Shown: one piece after another, positions 39,799 through 49,636 of the stretch
Position numbering within the stretch: the first letter of the stretch is position 1
How the letters are laid out: the number at the start of each line of letters is the position of its first letter
Assembly: GCA_050261115.1 (NCBI GenBank)
Contig: JBLNCY010000006.1
Span: 32,001 to 96,000 of the forward strand
Source of the DNA: Methanocella sp.
GTDB lineage: Archaea; Thermoproteota; Bathyarchaeia; Bathyarchaeales; Bathycorpusculaceae
Reading direction: 5' to 3'
DNA: 64,000 bases
Program-made: the position numbers and the translations under genes
The notes under the pieces: model-generated
Seen by the model: the letters and a program-made list of their open reading frames with translations, nothing else
Told to the model about the DNA's origin: nothing
Database searches by the model: none

Positions 39799-40059
39799 AT
39801 CAGGCAAACTTGGCACCCCAACGCATACCTCAAAACAGTTCGTAACGTGCGTAGCGGTCTTGCTGCAAGAACTAAAATCCTGATGCTTCTTGACTTGCAG
39901 GGGTTGGGTGCAGGCAAAATCTCCAAGGAATCAAAGCTTAGTTACAAAGTAGTGATGTACCACTTGCGGCTGCTGAGGGCTGAGGGTACTGTGGAGCGCC
40001 ATGGCGATCGTCGCTATGTTTGGTTGTCGAGTGGGCTTGGGCAGACACGACTATCTTAG
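39799..40059 (+). CDS. Small ArsR-like winged-helix protein (start uncertain)
   Basis: RTKIL...ISKESKLSYKVVMYHLRLLRAEGTV; frame stays open upstream of GTG 39847 to an ATC at 39799 following GGTGA. Confidence 0.65.
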   Translation: MRQTWHPNAYLKTVRNVRSGLAARTKILMLLDLQGLGAGKISKESKLSYKVVMYHLRLLRAEGTVERHGDRRYVWLSSGLGQTRLS

Positions 40060-40352
40060 AATGTGCACTGGCAGGGTGCGCTTTGGCATTTAGGGCACCT
40101 GTTTGGGTACTTCGATAGAGCCGCTTTTTCGAGGTCTATGCCCATAATGTTGGCAAGCGACGCTAGCCACGCTAAGACATCGGCGAATTCTTTTTCTGTT
40201 GATTCTCTGTCGTTGCCCTTGAATTCCTGTCCGAGTTCGGCGACTTCTTCAAGGAGCCAGTTGTAGGTGCCGTCTAATCCGCGGGCGCGGTCTCGGTTGC
40301 CGTAGAGGCGGTTCATCATCTCCTGAAATTCACTTATATGCATATGATTCAT
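40056..40352 (-). CDS. MazG-like nucleotide pyrophosphohydrolase
   Basis: WLLEEVAEL, EFADVLAWLASLAN, C-terminal CPKC..PCQC. Confidence 0.85.
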   Translation of the reverse strand: MNHMHISEFQEMMNRLYGNRDRARGLDGTYNWLLEEVAELGQEFKGNDRESTEKEFADVLAWLASLANIMGIDLEKAALSKYPNRCPKCQSAPCQCTF

Positions 40353-40502
40353 CTGGAAAACTTTGGCTAGCCGCCATAATTAAAGGTTAAACCCTGGAAA
40401 AGTTTGTTTGGTTTATGCTTTTGTATACAGACGGTGATTTTAGCTAGCAAGCTGTAAACAACAGATAAATAATCACAGTCTTAAACCTACACTTGATAGA
40501 TT

Positions 40503-41000
40503 ATGTCAAGCAAATTGGCTCCCAAGTTTCAGGCCGCTGTGTTCTTTGTAGCCGATGTTGAACGCTCTAAGCATTTCTACCGCGACCTTTTAGGGCAGAA
40601 GGTAACCATGGATTTTGGTGCAAACGTTACCTTCGAAGGTGGCTTATCTATATGGGAAACAAACTACGCCCTAAACACCATCTTTAAACAAAAAGCTCAA
40701 CAGCTCTCTGTTGGAGCAAATAATGCTGAAATATACTTTGAGTGCAACGGAGTCGACGCTTTCTTTAATAAACTAACTTCTGAGGAACCCTCGCTCCGAG
40801 TTATTCATCCGGTTGTGGAGCATCCGTGGGGTCAACGGGGCTTTCGCATCTATGATCCAGATGGTCATATTGTCGAGTTCGGTGAACCAATGTCTGAGAC
40901 CGTTTTGCGGTTACATGAGGCTGGCCTAAGCCTTGATGAGGTTGCAGCTAAGTCTTTGATGCCCCTTGAATTTATCAAGATGGTTCTTCAAAATAAATAG
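40503..41000 (+). CDS. VOC/glyoxalase family protein
   Basis: VADVERSKHFY, EHPWGQRGFRIYDPDGHIVEFGE. Confidence 0.85.
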   Translation: MSSKLAPKFQAAVFFVADVERSKHFYRDLLGQKVTMDFGANVTFEGGLSIWETNYALNTIFKQKAQQLSVGANNAEIYFECNGVDAFFNKLTSEEPSLRVIHPVVEHPWGQRGFRIYDPDGHIVEFGEPMSETVLRLHEAGLSLDEVAAKSLMPLEFIKMVLQNK

Positions 41001-41194
41001 GTGAATTTTTCAAACGCTATGCATTTGGGTATGGTATTTATGTTGCAGTTATGGTGCTTATTGCAGTTAATCCATAGGGTATCAAGTGAGTGACTGTTTC
41101 AAACAAAACCTAAATAGCATTTTTTAATTTTGGGTACTTCCGCAAACAGTTTTATACCAAGACAGCCCTAACTATAAAATTAAGGTTTAATGAA

Positions 41195-41635
41195 ATGAAG
41201 AAAACTATCATAATTGCAGCAGTTGCAGTTGTAGCAATCATAGTGATTGCAGGTGCATATTTAGGATATAGTGGATTAGTTGCCCCGCCGGAACCAACTC
41301 CTACTCCAAGCCCTCCTCCTGAAGTCGCTACCCAAGAAGCAGTAAGAGATGCAGCAATGCAAAAGATTGCATCTGACCATTCAGATCTCAAGGACTTAAC
41401 AGAGAACCTACAATGGACGGGTGGAAGACAAGAAACAGGCGTGGTAGGCTCAGATACCTACATCTACATCGCTGGAAACTGGAACGTGACAATAACCAAT
41501 CCTGTTGTTCTAGATCCCGTCTACGCAATCAGCGCCATCTATACTGACACGGAAAGTGCCGTCACCATCGAATGGGAAGGCACATACCAAGATGAAGTCA
41601 TAACAGAAACAGGCTTCAACTATGTGGTGCCATAA
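41195..41635 (+). CDS. Secreted or membrane-anchored hypothetical protein
   Basis: Signal/anchor MKKTIIIAAVAVV, PTPTPSPP linker. Confidence 0.7.
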   Translation: MKKTIIIAAVAVVAIIVIAGAYLGYSGLVAPPEPTPTPSPPPEVATQEAVRDAAMQKIASDHSDLKDLTENLQWTGGRQETGVVGSDTYIYIAGNWNVTITNPVVLDPVYAISAIYTDTESAVTIEWEGTYQDEVITETGFNYVVP

Positions 41636-41673
41636 CTACCACTCTCTTTTTTCCTAACAAAAGCGTTGTTCAA

Positions 41674-42621
41674 TTAACTGCGTATACGGTTTTTTCTCTT
41701 TCTAAGCATAACAACCGCAATCAAAACAGCCATAACGGCAACTACAACCATAACTGCCCAAGATAAAGGAAACTCGGCTGGCGGTGCAGGCGGCTGGGCA
41801 GGGCTTTTGATAAGTGGAAACCGGTCGTAGTTTAGGACGTCGATTATGTAGGGTGCGTCGCCTATGCCGTCGCCGTCTGTGTCGGTGCCGTTATAGTCAC
41901 TCCAGTAGTTGCCTCGTCCATTGTAATCCCATGCGTGGGGTACCTCGCTAAAATTGTATACCTCGCATACGCAGCCGCTGAGTTGCATTTCGTTTTGGAC
42001 AAAGCTGTTTTGATTTATGATGATGTCTGCTGGGATGTTTAGGGCACTTCCGTTTATTTGTTCGAATCCAAAGAAGAGTCCCTGCCTGTTATTTGAAAGG
42101 TAATTAAAAGTGACGTTGTTATTGGAGCCGGATAGTAGCACACCAACGATGTTATCCGATGCCGAGTTGCCCCTTAAGGTGTTGTTTGTGGTTCGGATAT
42201 AGGCGCCGATGCTAAACGAGTGTATGTTGAGGTTCTGGATGATTACTCCACTCACATAGTCTTCGAAGTCTATGCCGATAATGTAGGGCACAGTTATGGT
42301 TGCGTTGGGTCCTATGCCTAGGATTTGCTCGGTTTGCTTCTGTGACTCATTAAGGGGCCCTATGAGGGCGTATCCTGCGCCGTCGATTATGATGTTGCTT
42401 TTTTGGACAAGAATAGGGTCGTAGACGTCGCCTGTGAAGGTGTAGGTGTCTTGGTTACGTTGAATCGGCACATTCGCAGGTTGGATTGAGCCGTCGGGTC
42501 GAATGAAAATTGTTGTCCGCGCAGTCTGGGCAACACCCAAATCAAGAGAGGTAAAGATTAACAGGCACAGCATAACCAGCGCTACTGAATAGATTTTTCT
42601 GCAAAACAAGACTTTCCCCAT
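41674..42621 (-). CDS. NosD/CASH beta-helix surface protein with C-terminal anchor
   Basis: Signal peptide, IRPDGSI, GNYWSDYNGTDTDGDGIGDAPY, PAEFP + TM + RKRK. Confidence 0.8.
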   Translation of the reverse strand: MGKVLFCRKIYSVALVMLCLLIFTSLDLGVAQTARTTIFIRPDGSIQPANVPIQRNQDTYTFTGDVYDPILVQKSNIIIDGAGYALIGPLNESQKQTEQILGIGPNATITVPYIIGIDFEDYVSGVIIQNLNIHSFSIGAYIRTTNNTLRGNSASDNIVGVLLSGSNNNVTFNYLSNNRQGLFFGFEQINGSALNIPADIIINQNSFVQNEMQLSGCVCEVYNFSEVPHAWDYNGRGNYWSDYNGTDTDGDGIGDAPYIIDVLNYDRFPLIKSPAQPPAPPAEFPLSWAVMVVVAVMAVLIAVVMLRKRKNRIRS

Positions 42622-42752
42622 TAAGCTATGATGGTGGAAGTATTTGAATCGTCACTGCCTGCATAACACCTCAAATCGATGGCAGCAAGTAACCCCAAAA
42701 AGGCTACCTGCCAACCCACTGTAAGATGGTGACCAAGAAGGCATGCAATATC

Positions 42753-43511
42753 CTAATGTGCTTTTGAGGAATCCCAGAGGAACTGGAAGTATTCACGGGC
42801 AAACCCCACCAACCCCACATGATTACTCCAAATCACAAGCGACGGCTTATCCTCCCCTAAAAACAGCATAGCCTCTTTACCATCCGCGATTATACCGCCG
42901 CCGAACATATGGTCTCGGATGCGGATTTCGCCTAATGCGCTGACCCTTTTGATAAACGCCCAGTCCTCTGCTTTGCCTGCAGCCATAAACTTGATTTGGA
43001 CACTCTTCTTAAGTCCGCTCCCATTGCCTAAAAGAGGCTCCGATAGGGCGATTACGGGTTTAGCGAATTCGGGTGCTGCCACTACGATTTCAACAGAAGC
43101 CTTCTTTAGCATATCCTCAAGCCTTGTTAGCACCGCCTGTTGCCCGCGTAGTATTATGATTTCGGGACGTTCAACTAGCTCTCGCTGTTCATAGAGGGGC
43201 TGGAGGGTCTGTGCTATGTGGCTCTCTAGGTTAGCGTATTTGTCTTCGAGGCGTAGTTTAGTTAGTCGGGTGGCTTCCAGGGGGGGCACGGGGTAGTATT
43301 TGAAGGGGCGACTTTCGGTGCTTTTGATCCAGCCTTTCTCTTTGAGGCTGTTTAGGACTTCGTACATTTTGCTGTAGGGTACGTTGGCTTGTTCGCTGAC
43401 TTCCATTGCGGTCATTTGGCCGCCGTTTAAGAGTACAAGGTAGGAGTCGATTTCGTAAGTGTTTAAGCCCATCTCGCGCAGTGCCGCTCGGGTTTCGTCG
43501 TCAGCCACCAT
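42753..43511 (-). CDS. TrmB-family transcriptional regulator
   Basis: GLNTYEIDSYLVLL, VPYSKMYEVLNSLKEKGWI, PLD-like effector domain. Confidence 0.88.
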   Translation of the reverse strand: MVADDETRAALREMGLNTYEIDSYLVLLNGGQMTAMEVSEQANVPYSKMYEVLNSLKEKGWIKSTESRPFKYYPVPPLEATRLTKLRLEDKYANLESHIAQTLQPLYEQRELVERPEIIILRGQQAVLTRLEDMLKKASVEIVVAAPEFAKPVIALSEPLLGNGSGLKKSVQIKFMAAGKAEDWAFIKRVSALGEIRIRDHMFGGGIIADGKEAMLFLGEDKPSLVIWSNHVGLVGFAREYFQFLWDSSKAH

Positions 43512-43616
43512 TTTTCCCCTCAATCACCGTTGGAAACAGTTGGAAACATTATTATCGCAACGTCGCCTCTTAAGCTCTTCGAAAGTAACGCTCACACGCT
43601 AGAAGGCAAAAAAATA

Positions 43617-45107
43617 ATGAAGGATATCAAACAAACTCAAAGCCTCTGCCCCGAATGCCTAAAACCCCTAGATGCAACCATCTACGAGGATCAAGGCAAA
43701 GTTTTCATCAAAAAAACCTGCCCCGAACACGGAGCATACATTGAACTATACTGGTCAGACTACGAGCAATACGTCCGAGCCGAAAAATACCGCAATGACG
43801 GCTCAGGTATGGAAAACCCCCGCACAGAGAAAAACAAGGGCTGCCCAGCTGACTGCGGCGTATGCCCCCAGCACAAAAGCCACACCGCATTGGCAATTAT
43901 CGATATAACCAACCGCTGTAACCTCAAATGCCCCGTATGCTTTGCCAACGCAAACTACGCAGGCTACGTCTATGAGCCTACCATGGAACAAGTCACAAGC
44001 ATGCTCGAGAACCTCCGAGCAACCAAACCTGTCCCGGCCCAGGCGCTTCAGTTCAGCGGCGGCGAACCCACTATCAGAAAAGAACTCCCTGCCATGGTGC
44101 GGAAAGCCAAAGAACTCGGCTTTAACCACGTTGAAGTAAACACCAACGGCTTACGCGTAAGCCAAAGCGTAGACTTCTGCAGAGAACTAAGAGCGGCAGG
44201 CGTCAGCACCATTTACCTGCAGTTCGACGGGTTAACAAGCGACGTCTACAAGTACATCCGGGGCGTCGATTTGCTTGACATAAAACTCAAGGCAATCGAG
44301 AACCTTCGTGCCGCCGGATGGAACAGCGTTGTCCTCGTCGTCACACTTGTTAAAGGCGTTAATGACAGCCAACTTGGCGACATAATCAACTTTGCAGCCA
44401 AAAACAGTGACGTCGTCCGATGCATAAACGTTCAACCTGTCTCGTTATGTGGACGTCTACCGGCAGATGAACGCGAAAAGATGCGTATAACCATCCCCGA
44501 CTTTATGCGTGAGGTAGAAAAACAGACCGAAGGCGTGATTAAACAAAGCGACTTCTACCCCGTTCCAGTGGTTGTTCCAGTCTCCAAGGCAGTCGGTGCC
44601 ATTAAAGACAAACACTATGTCGAATTCTCCGCGCACCCCCACTGCGGCATGGCCACGTTTGTCTTCATAGAAGACGGCAAAATCACCCCCATCACTCGCT
44701 ACGGAAACATTGACAAATTCGTCGCGACACTCCAAAGCGTCTACAACGACGCCGAAAAAGGCAACAAGAGCAAAGCTAAACTCCGCCTAGTTGGTGCAGG
44801 TCGCCACATCAAATTCGGTTTCCTCCGCAAATACGTGCTTAAGGTGTTGGTTAACGGCGACTACAAGTCTCTTGGGGACTTTGCCCGCTCCGCCGTGCTT
44901 ATTTCGTCGATGCACTTCATGGATCCCTACAACTTTGATCTTGAACGCGTTCAGCGCTGTGTTATCCATTATGCGGTTCCTGACGGTAGGATCATACCCT
45001 TCTGTACTATGAACTCCATTCACCGCGCTGAGGTAGAAAAGAAACTAGGCATTCCTATCAAAGAATGGCAAAACAAACATAAGGTTGAAATAAGCGAAAC
45101 CGTCTAG
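43617..45107 (+). CDS. tes: Tetraether lipid synthase (MJ0619/Tes-family radical SAM)
   Basis: TQSLCPEC...CPEHG, CPADCGVCPQH, TNRCNLKCPVC, HPHCG, MHFMDPYNFDLERVQRCVIHY...PFC. Confidence 0.85.
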   Translation: MKDIKQTQSLCPECLKPLDATIYEDQGKVFIKKTCPEHGAYIELYWSDYEQYVRAEKYRNDGSGMENPRTEKNKGCPADCGVCPQHKSHTALAIIDITNRCNLKCPVCFANANYAGYVYEPTMEQVTSMLENLRATKPVPAQALQFSGGEPTIRKELPAMVRKAKELGFNHVEVNTNGLRVSQSVDFCRELRAAGVSTIYLQFDGLTSDVYKYIRGVDLLDIKLKAIENLRAAGWNSVVLVVTLVKGVNDSQLGDIINFAAKNSDVVRCINVQPVSLCGRLPADEREKMRITIPDFMREVEKQTEGVIKQSDFYPVPVVVPVSKAVGAIKDKHYVEFSAHPHCGMATFVFIEDGKITPITRYGNIDKFVATLQSVYNDAEKGNKSKAKLRLVGAGRHIKFGFLRKYVLKVLVNGDYKSLGDFARSAVLISSMHFMDPYNFDLERVQRCVIHYAVPDGRIIPFCTMNSIHRAEVEKKLGIPIKEWQNKHKVEISETV

Positions 45108-45141
45108 ATGCTGGAATTAAAATAATCGGCAAGGTGAAAAC

Positions 45142-45465
45142 ATGGGTGGAAAAAAGAAGCTTGGCTTAAAGCAGATGGAAAAGCAGCAAGACGATAAAGC
45201 AACAGTCGAAGCAAAGAAGAAGGAAGAAAAGAAAGGTCCGCCACAGAAGAAAACCACAATCGGTGTCATCGCTCCAGACGCAAAAGACCCCAAAATCGTC
45301 GCTGAAATCAGCAAACTCGGTGTCCTAACACCATATGCAGTTGCAACACGATACGGCATACGCATAAGCGTAGCAAAAGACTTCCTTGAGCAGCTTGAAG
45401 CCGTCGGCGCAGTCCAGACTGTATCTGGCAGCCACAACCTAAAGATCTACAAACCAGCAGCTTAA
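45142..45465 (+). CDS. rps25e: 30S ribosomal protein S25e
   Basis: MGGKKK, LTPYAVATRYGIRISVAKDFL. Confidence 0.85.
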   Translation: MGGKKKLGLKQMEKQQDDKATVEAKKKEEKKGPPQKKTTIGVIAPDAKDPKIVAEISKLGVLTPYAVATRYGIRISVAKDFLEQLEAVGAVQTVSGSHNLKIYKPAA

Positions 45466-45525
45466 ACCCTGCTCCCTAACTACTTTTATTCAACTTTACC
45501 CTTTCTAATAACGGAGTGTACTATC

Positions 45526-45999
45526 TTGAGTTTCCCCGAAAAAGTATACACAGGCAAAGAGCTTAAAGAGGCACGGGCCCTAATAGAGCAAGGCTATAAG
45601 CATCAACTTAATGTTGAGGGCAAATCCGAGTTCACCCGAAAAGTCAAGGAAGCCATTGAACACATCAAAACTGCGGGCTACTACGATTACCTTACCACAT
45701 ATATCCGTAACATAACTGAAATCGACGGCATGACTCAGCTCCGTCAATCTGAAGTCGCCATATGGGCTAACAAATTCGCAGTAGACAACCCCGTGGACGC
45801 CGCCAGCCTCTTTATCCAGAAAGCCTTTAGCATGCAAGAATACTTGGCGGGCAAACTCTACTATGGCGGTGCAGCAGAAAAACGCTCCATCGCAAAACGC
45901 ATAATGTTTCTAGAGGCACTAAAACAGAAAACCACAGACGCCAGTATAAAAGAGGAATGCGACCGACTACTCGGTCTATGGAACGATAGTTCCCTCTAA
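45526..45999 (+). CDS. Hypothetical protein
   Basis: 157 aa ORF with GGAG RBS; no motif recognised. Confidence 0.65.
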   Translation: MSFPEKVYTGKELKEARALIEQGYKHQLNVEGKSEFTRKVKEAIEHIKTAGYYDYLTTYIRNITEIDGMTQLRQSEVAIWANKFAVDNPVDAASLFIQKAFSMQEYLAGKLYYGGAAEKRSIAKRIMFLEALKQKTTDASIKEECDRLLGLWNDSSL

Positions 46000-46010
46000 C
46001 CCACTTGTAG

Positions 46011-46397
46011 TTAAGAGGTGGCTAATTCAACACGAATTTTAGAGCCACTTTTTACTTGCCTAAAAATCTCTAGGTTATTGGTTATTTTACCCAGAATGCT
46101 CACTGGGCTGTAGGGTTGGGATTTCCCGTAGAATATGCATATGGCGCTGCTCATGGGCCAGTAGCCGATGGTGCCTTCTTCGACGGTACGTTTGGCTTTT
46201 TCTTCACCCATCTTTAGGGAGATTTCAAAGTAGACTTCTTCCTGCCAGAGTGCCGCTCTGCCCTCAAGGGGAAGCTTACGCACTATAGCGTCGATGGTTC
46301 TTGGTGCAAGGAAACGCACTAATTCGCCTTCAGCTTCACCTAATCCTTCTATGACAAACTTTACTTTTATACGAGAGACGCCTTCATCGTTACTCAA
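46011..46397 (-). CDS. Cyclophilin-like fold protein
   Basis: APRTIDAIVRKLP, WQEEVYF, GTIGYWP...ICIFYG. Confidence 0.8.
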   Translation of the reverse strand: MSNDEGVSRIKVKFVIEGLGEAEGELVRFLAPRTIDAIVRKLPLEGRAALWQEEVYFEISLKMGEEKAKRTVEEGTIGYWPMSSAICIFYGKSQPYSPVSILGKITNNLEIFRQVKSGSKIRVELATS

Positions 46398-46612
46398 ACT
46401 TCATGCCCCTTTAGAAAGCCCCTTTTATGTTTGGAATCAAAAGGATTATTGTGAAAGTGTAATTTAACTATTACAGTCACTGCCTGGATGGTATGCAGCA
46501 GCTTAAGCGTTATACTGTTTACTGGTTTGAGTGTTTACTGGAATGGTGCTACACCGTTACAGTCACATATGCATATGACCACGTGGGGCGTTGCTATTTT
46601 TGGAGATAACTT

Positions 46613-46999
46613 ATGGAATCTGAATTAATCGGTGAATTCAAAGGAAAAAATACTGTGTATCGTGTGCTTCCTGATGGCGTGATGGAAGTCACAGGGCAGG
46701 GAACGGGCAAGATCCTTGGGATAGATGCCATAGTGGCGTCTACCAGCATCGGTATCATGGACAACGGCCTGTTTAGCGGAGAGGTCAATGCAGCCATAAC
46801 AACCATGCAGGGAGACACGCTTTTGATGAGAGCGATCGCCATCGGCTATCCTTCGGAGAATGGCGGAATTAGCCGAGCCGCATCAGTGCAGACTACCAGC
46901 GCTGGGAAACTTTTGCAGCTAAATAAAGCCCTGCTGCTGCATGAGTACCAGACGGACAGGTCTGACAACTGGACAGGCAGACTTTGGCAGTGGAAGTAG
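46613..46999 (+). CDS. Hypothetical beta-rich protein
   Basis: 128 aa ORF with GGAG RBS, ends WQWK. Confidence 0.6.
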   Translation: MESELIGEFKGKNTVYRVLPDGVMEVTGQGTGKILGIDAIVASTSIGIMDNGLFSGEVNAAITTMQGDTLLMRAIAIGYPSENGGISRAASVQTTSAGKLLQLNKALLLHEYQTDRSDNWTGRLWQWK

Positions 47000-48136
47000 T
47001 CACTCTACAGTCATCTCGATAGTGGTTTTATAGTCAGATACCACGCGGACCCCTTGGGCCTTAAACATGCAGTCTAACTCGGGGTCGCCCGTGTCAACCC
47101 GCAGGCTCTTGAGTTTATCCAGCTTGCTCTTAGTCGAGATTACAATTATGTTTTCTAAACCGACTTGGCGGATGACTTTGCTGCTTATCTGTTGATTGCC
47201 TCTGCCAAAGATAAATCCTTGCCCACCGATAGGCGTCACGAGGATTTTTGCAGGTTTACCGCTTATCAGCTGGAGGATTTGTTTCTCGTTTACGTCTTTG
47301 GCAACAATTTTCTTGTTTAACACTAAATCTACGCCCAACAGCGTCTTTCTCTGGTCAAGCAGGTCTGTTACGGTGCGCATGGTTGTGCCTGGACCGATAA
47401 TGTAGTAGCTGTCTGGTTGCATCTCTTCGATAATATAGACGGCGATAGCTGCTAGATTCTCTAACTCGTTTTCTGACATGACGCTCTCTAACTTGCTACC
47501 CTGTACTAGGTGCGGCTCAAAAGGGCTAAGCATGTACCCATACAGTTCAGCCGAGAGATGTCCCTCACGGAAGGCTTTCTCGTCGATATCCATAACCTCC
47601 GCTTCCCTTAGCGGAAGCCCATTCCACAGAAACTGAATCGCCAACCTAGCCGCCGCCTGAGGGCTCACTGCAAACAAAGCACTATGCATCTTTACCCCCG
47701 TGGGCACGCCAATAACTGGCACCTTCAGGTCTATGGCCCGTTGGATGTCGCGGGTTGTGCCGTCGCCGCCGCAGTAAACAAGCAGATCTACCCCTTCTTT
47801 GACTATGCCCTCGGCGATGAGCTTTGTGTCTTGTGAGGTAGTCTCTGTTTTTGTTTCGCCTACGACCTTGCAGGTGTAGCCTTGTCTTTTTGCTTCTTCT
47901 TCCCCCATCCATCCAGCGCCCACTATCAGTTTGAGCTGGGGTTTTGCGGGTTCTAATTCGCGAAGAAAAATTTCTGCCCTTTGTGTAGCGATGGGTTTAG
48001 CGCCCAGTCCAATTGCTTGTTGTAGGATTTGTTGGCCGTCTGTGCCTTTGAGTCCGACGGCTCCGCCCATGCCTGCGATTGGGTTTACTATGAAGCCGAT
48101 GGTTTTGGTCGGTATGGAGGGTTTGTGTGCTGTCAA
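47000..48136 (-). CDS. ATP-NAD kinase family protein (COG3199-like)
   Basis: NPIAGMGG, GGDGTTRD, GVKMHS, TLLGVD, GRGNQQ. Confidence 0.85.
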   Translation of the reverse strand: MTAHKPSIPTKTIGFIVNPIAGMGGAVGLKGTDGQQILQQAIGLGAKPIATQRAEIFLRELEPAKPQLKLIVGAGWMGEEEAKRQGYTCKVVGETKTETTSQDTKLIAEGIVKEGVDLLVYCGGDGTTRDIQRAIDLKVPVIGVPTGVKMHSALFAVSPQAAARLAIQFLWNGLPLREAEVMDIDEKAFREGHLSAELYGYMLSPFEPHLVQGSKLESVMSENELENLAAIAVYIIEEMQPDSYYIIGPGTTMRTVTDLLDQRKTLLGVDLVLNKKIVAKDVNEKQILQLISGKPAKILVTPIGGQGFIFGRGNQQISSKVIRQVGLENIIVISTKSKLDKLKSLRVDTGDPELDCMFKAQGVRVVSDYKTTIEMTVE

Positions 48137-48209
48137 AGGATTTTAACCTATAGAGTAGACTAGGTGGAAGCTTATAAAAGAAAAACCGCTGCAGAGGCCT
48201 ACTTGGCAC

Positions 48210-48785
48210 TCAGACGGTTTGGTTGGGGTTTTGTCGGCGGCTAAGCCACCATACGACTGCGATTACCGCGGGGATAGCGAAGATAGTTGCTGCCCAGAGC
48301 AGGATAGTTACCATAGAGTCGACGACGTAGTCAAGGGTCCAGCTTGCGATGGGTTGATTCCAGTTTCCGTCGAGGTAGACTTTGATGGCAAACGCAATGA
48401 AGAGCAGCGGTGAGATGGCTCCACCCGCACGGCGGCTTTTGGATTTTTTACCTGTGCCTAAGCCAGCTTTTTCTGCTTCAGGAACATATTTCCACCACCG
48501 CCAGCCTGCTATGGCAGCTATGGCTACGGGGATGCCTACGGCGGCGAGTTCCCAAAGCACCAAGTATATCATGAATATGACCACGTGGTGCATGGACCAG
48601 AGGTTTAGTGTTTGAGGCACTAAACCGGTGGCTTGGGCTTCTGCAGTGAACCAAGTGAGGATATAGACTGCTGAGGCGGCGGCTGCGATGGCTACGGCTG
48701 TAAGAACCGCAAATACTATCCAGTGTCTACGTATGAAGCTTCTCCAGTTTGCTTCTACGTTCTGAGTTTGCATTGGTTGAGTCAT
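48210..48785 (-). CDS. Membrane protein
   Basis: Four hydrophobic segments; probable start MTQPMQ; co-oriented with DUF996 gene. Confidence 0.7.
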   Translation of the reverse strand: MTQPMQTQNVEANWRSFIRRHWIVFAVLTAVAIAAAASAVYILTWFTAEAQATGLVPQTLNLWSMHHVVIFMIYLVLWELAAVGIPVAIAAIAGWRWWKYVPEAEKAGLGTGKKSKSRRAGGAISPLLFIAFAIKVYLDGNWNQPIASWTLDYVVDSMVTILLWAATIFAIPAVIAVVWWLSRRQNPNQTV

Positions 48786-48807
48786 GCTATAGCCTCTATG
48801 TGATTGT

Positions 48808-49419
48808 TTATGGCTGGCTGGGTGGCTGTGTTTGGTAGCTGTAGCCGTTGTTGTTGGGGTATGGTTGGTATTCACGGGGCTTCATGGTGGAGAAACCGAC
48901 CGCCATAAAGATCCATGAGATCACTATCAAGATGACGCCGATGCCAATCACGGTTAAGATTGCGCCGATGAGCAGCAGAGTGCTTGCGGTGTTAAATGAT
49001 TGCTCACCTGTTTTCACTGCGAGGGTCTCGTATGCTTTTCTGAGGTTCAACGCTGCAAGCAGGTAGAAGGCGAACGCCACCACTAAGCCCGCAGCGACTG
49101 CCAGGATGCCCCCAACTATGCCTGTTGCAAAGCTAAAGGGTGTGCCTGAGAATAACCCTGCCGCTGTGAAGCTGGCTATGCCTATGCCTGTGCCGACGGC
49201 GAGCGCGATTAAGGCGATGATGTAGTATTTGAGTCCAGTCAATGAGTTCTTGTATATGCTTTCGTCTTGGTAGTAGTAGGTGAGTTCTTTTGCTGCTTTT
49301 AGGAGCAGGACTACACCAACTATGGCCAGTACCCATCCTATGGTTGGAATTACACCAAGTAGGAGCAGGATCGAGCCTTCGATGGCCAAGTTTTTGCTGT
49401 ATTGGAAGTTTACGTTCAT
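48808..49419 (-). CDS. DUF996-like membrane protein
   Basis: GGAGG RBS then MNVNF; paralogous to 6203-6892. Confidence 0.75.
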   Translation of the reverse strand: MNVNFQYSKNLAIEGSILLLLGVIPTIGWVLAIVGVVLLLKAAKELTYYYQDESIYKNSLTGLKYYIIALIALAVGTGIGIASFTAAGLFSGTPFSFATGIVGGILAVAAGLVVAFAFYLLAALNLRKAYETLAVKTGEQSFNTASTLLLIGAILTVIGIGVILIVISWIFMAVGFSTMKPREYQPYPNNNGYSYQTQPPSQP

Positions 49420-49636
49420 TTGGTTTTTCCTCCGAGTTTTTCGGTGAATGCCATATAGTGACGTTCGGGATATAGCCCTAACATTTAGAATGGGGCGTCT
49501 GGGGTTTAGACGTGTGACTCTAAGGGTTAGAGTCATAAACAGAAGACAAGTTAGCGACCAAAAAAAATTTATTTTTAGTTGTTTAGGGGGTTTAATTTAT
49601 TTGGAAGTGCTACAGATATGTGGCTGGGTTAAGCGG

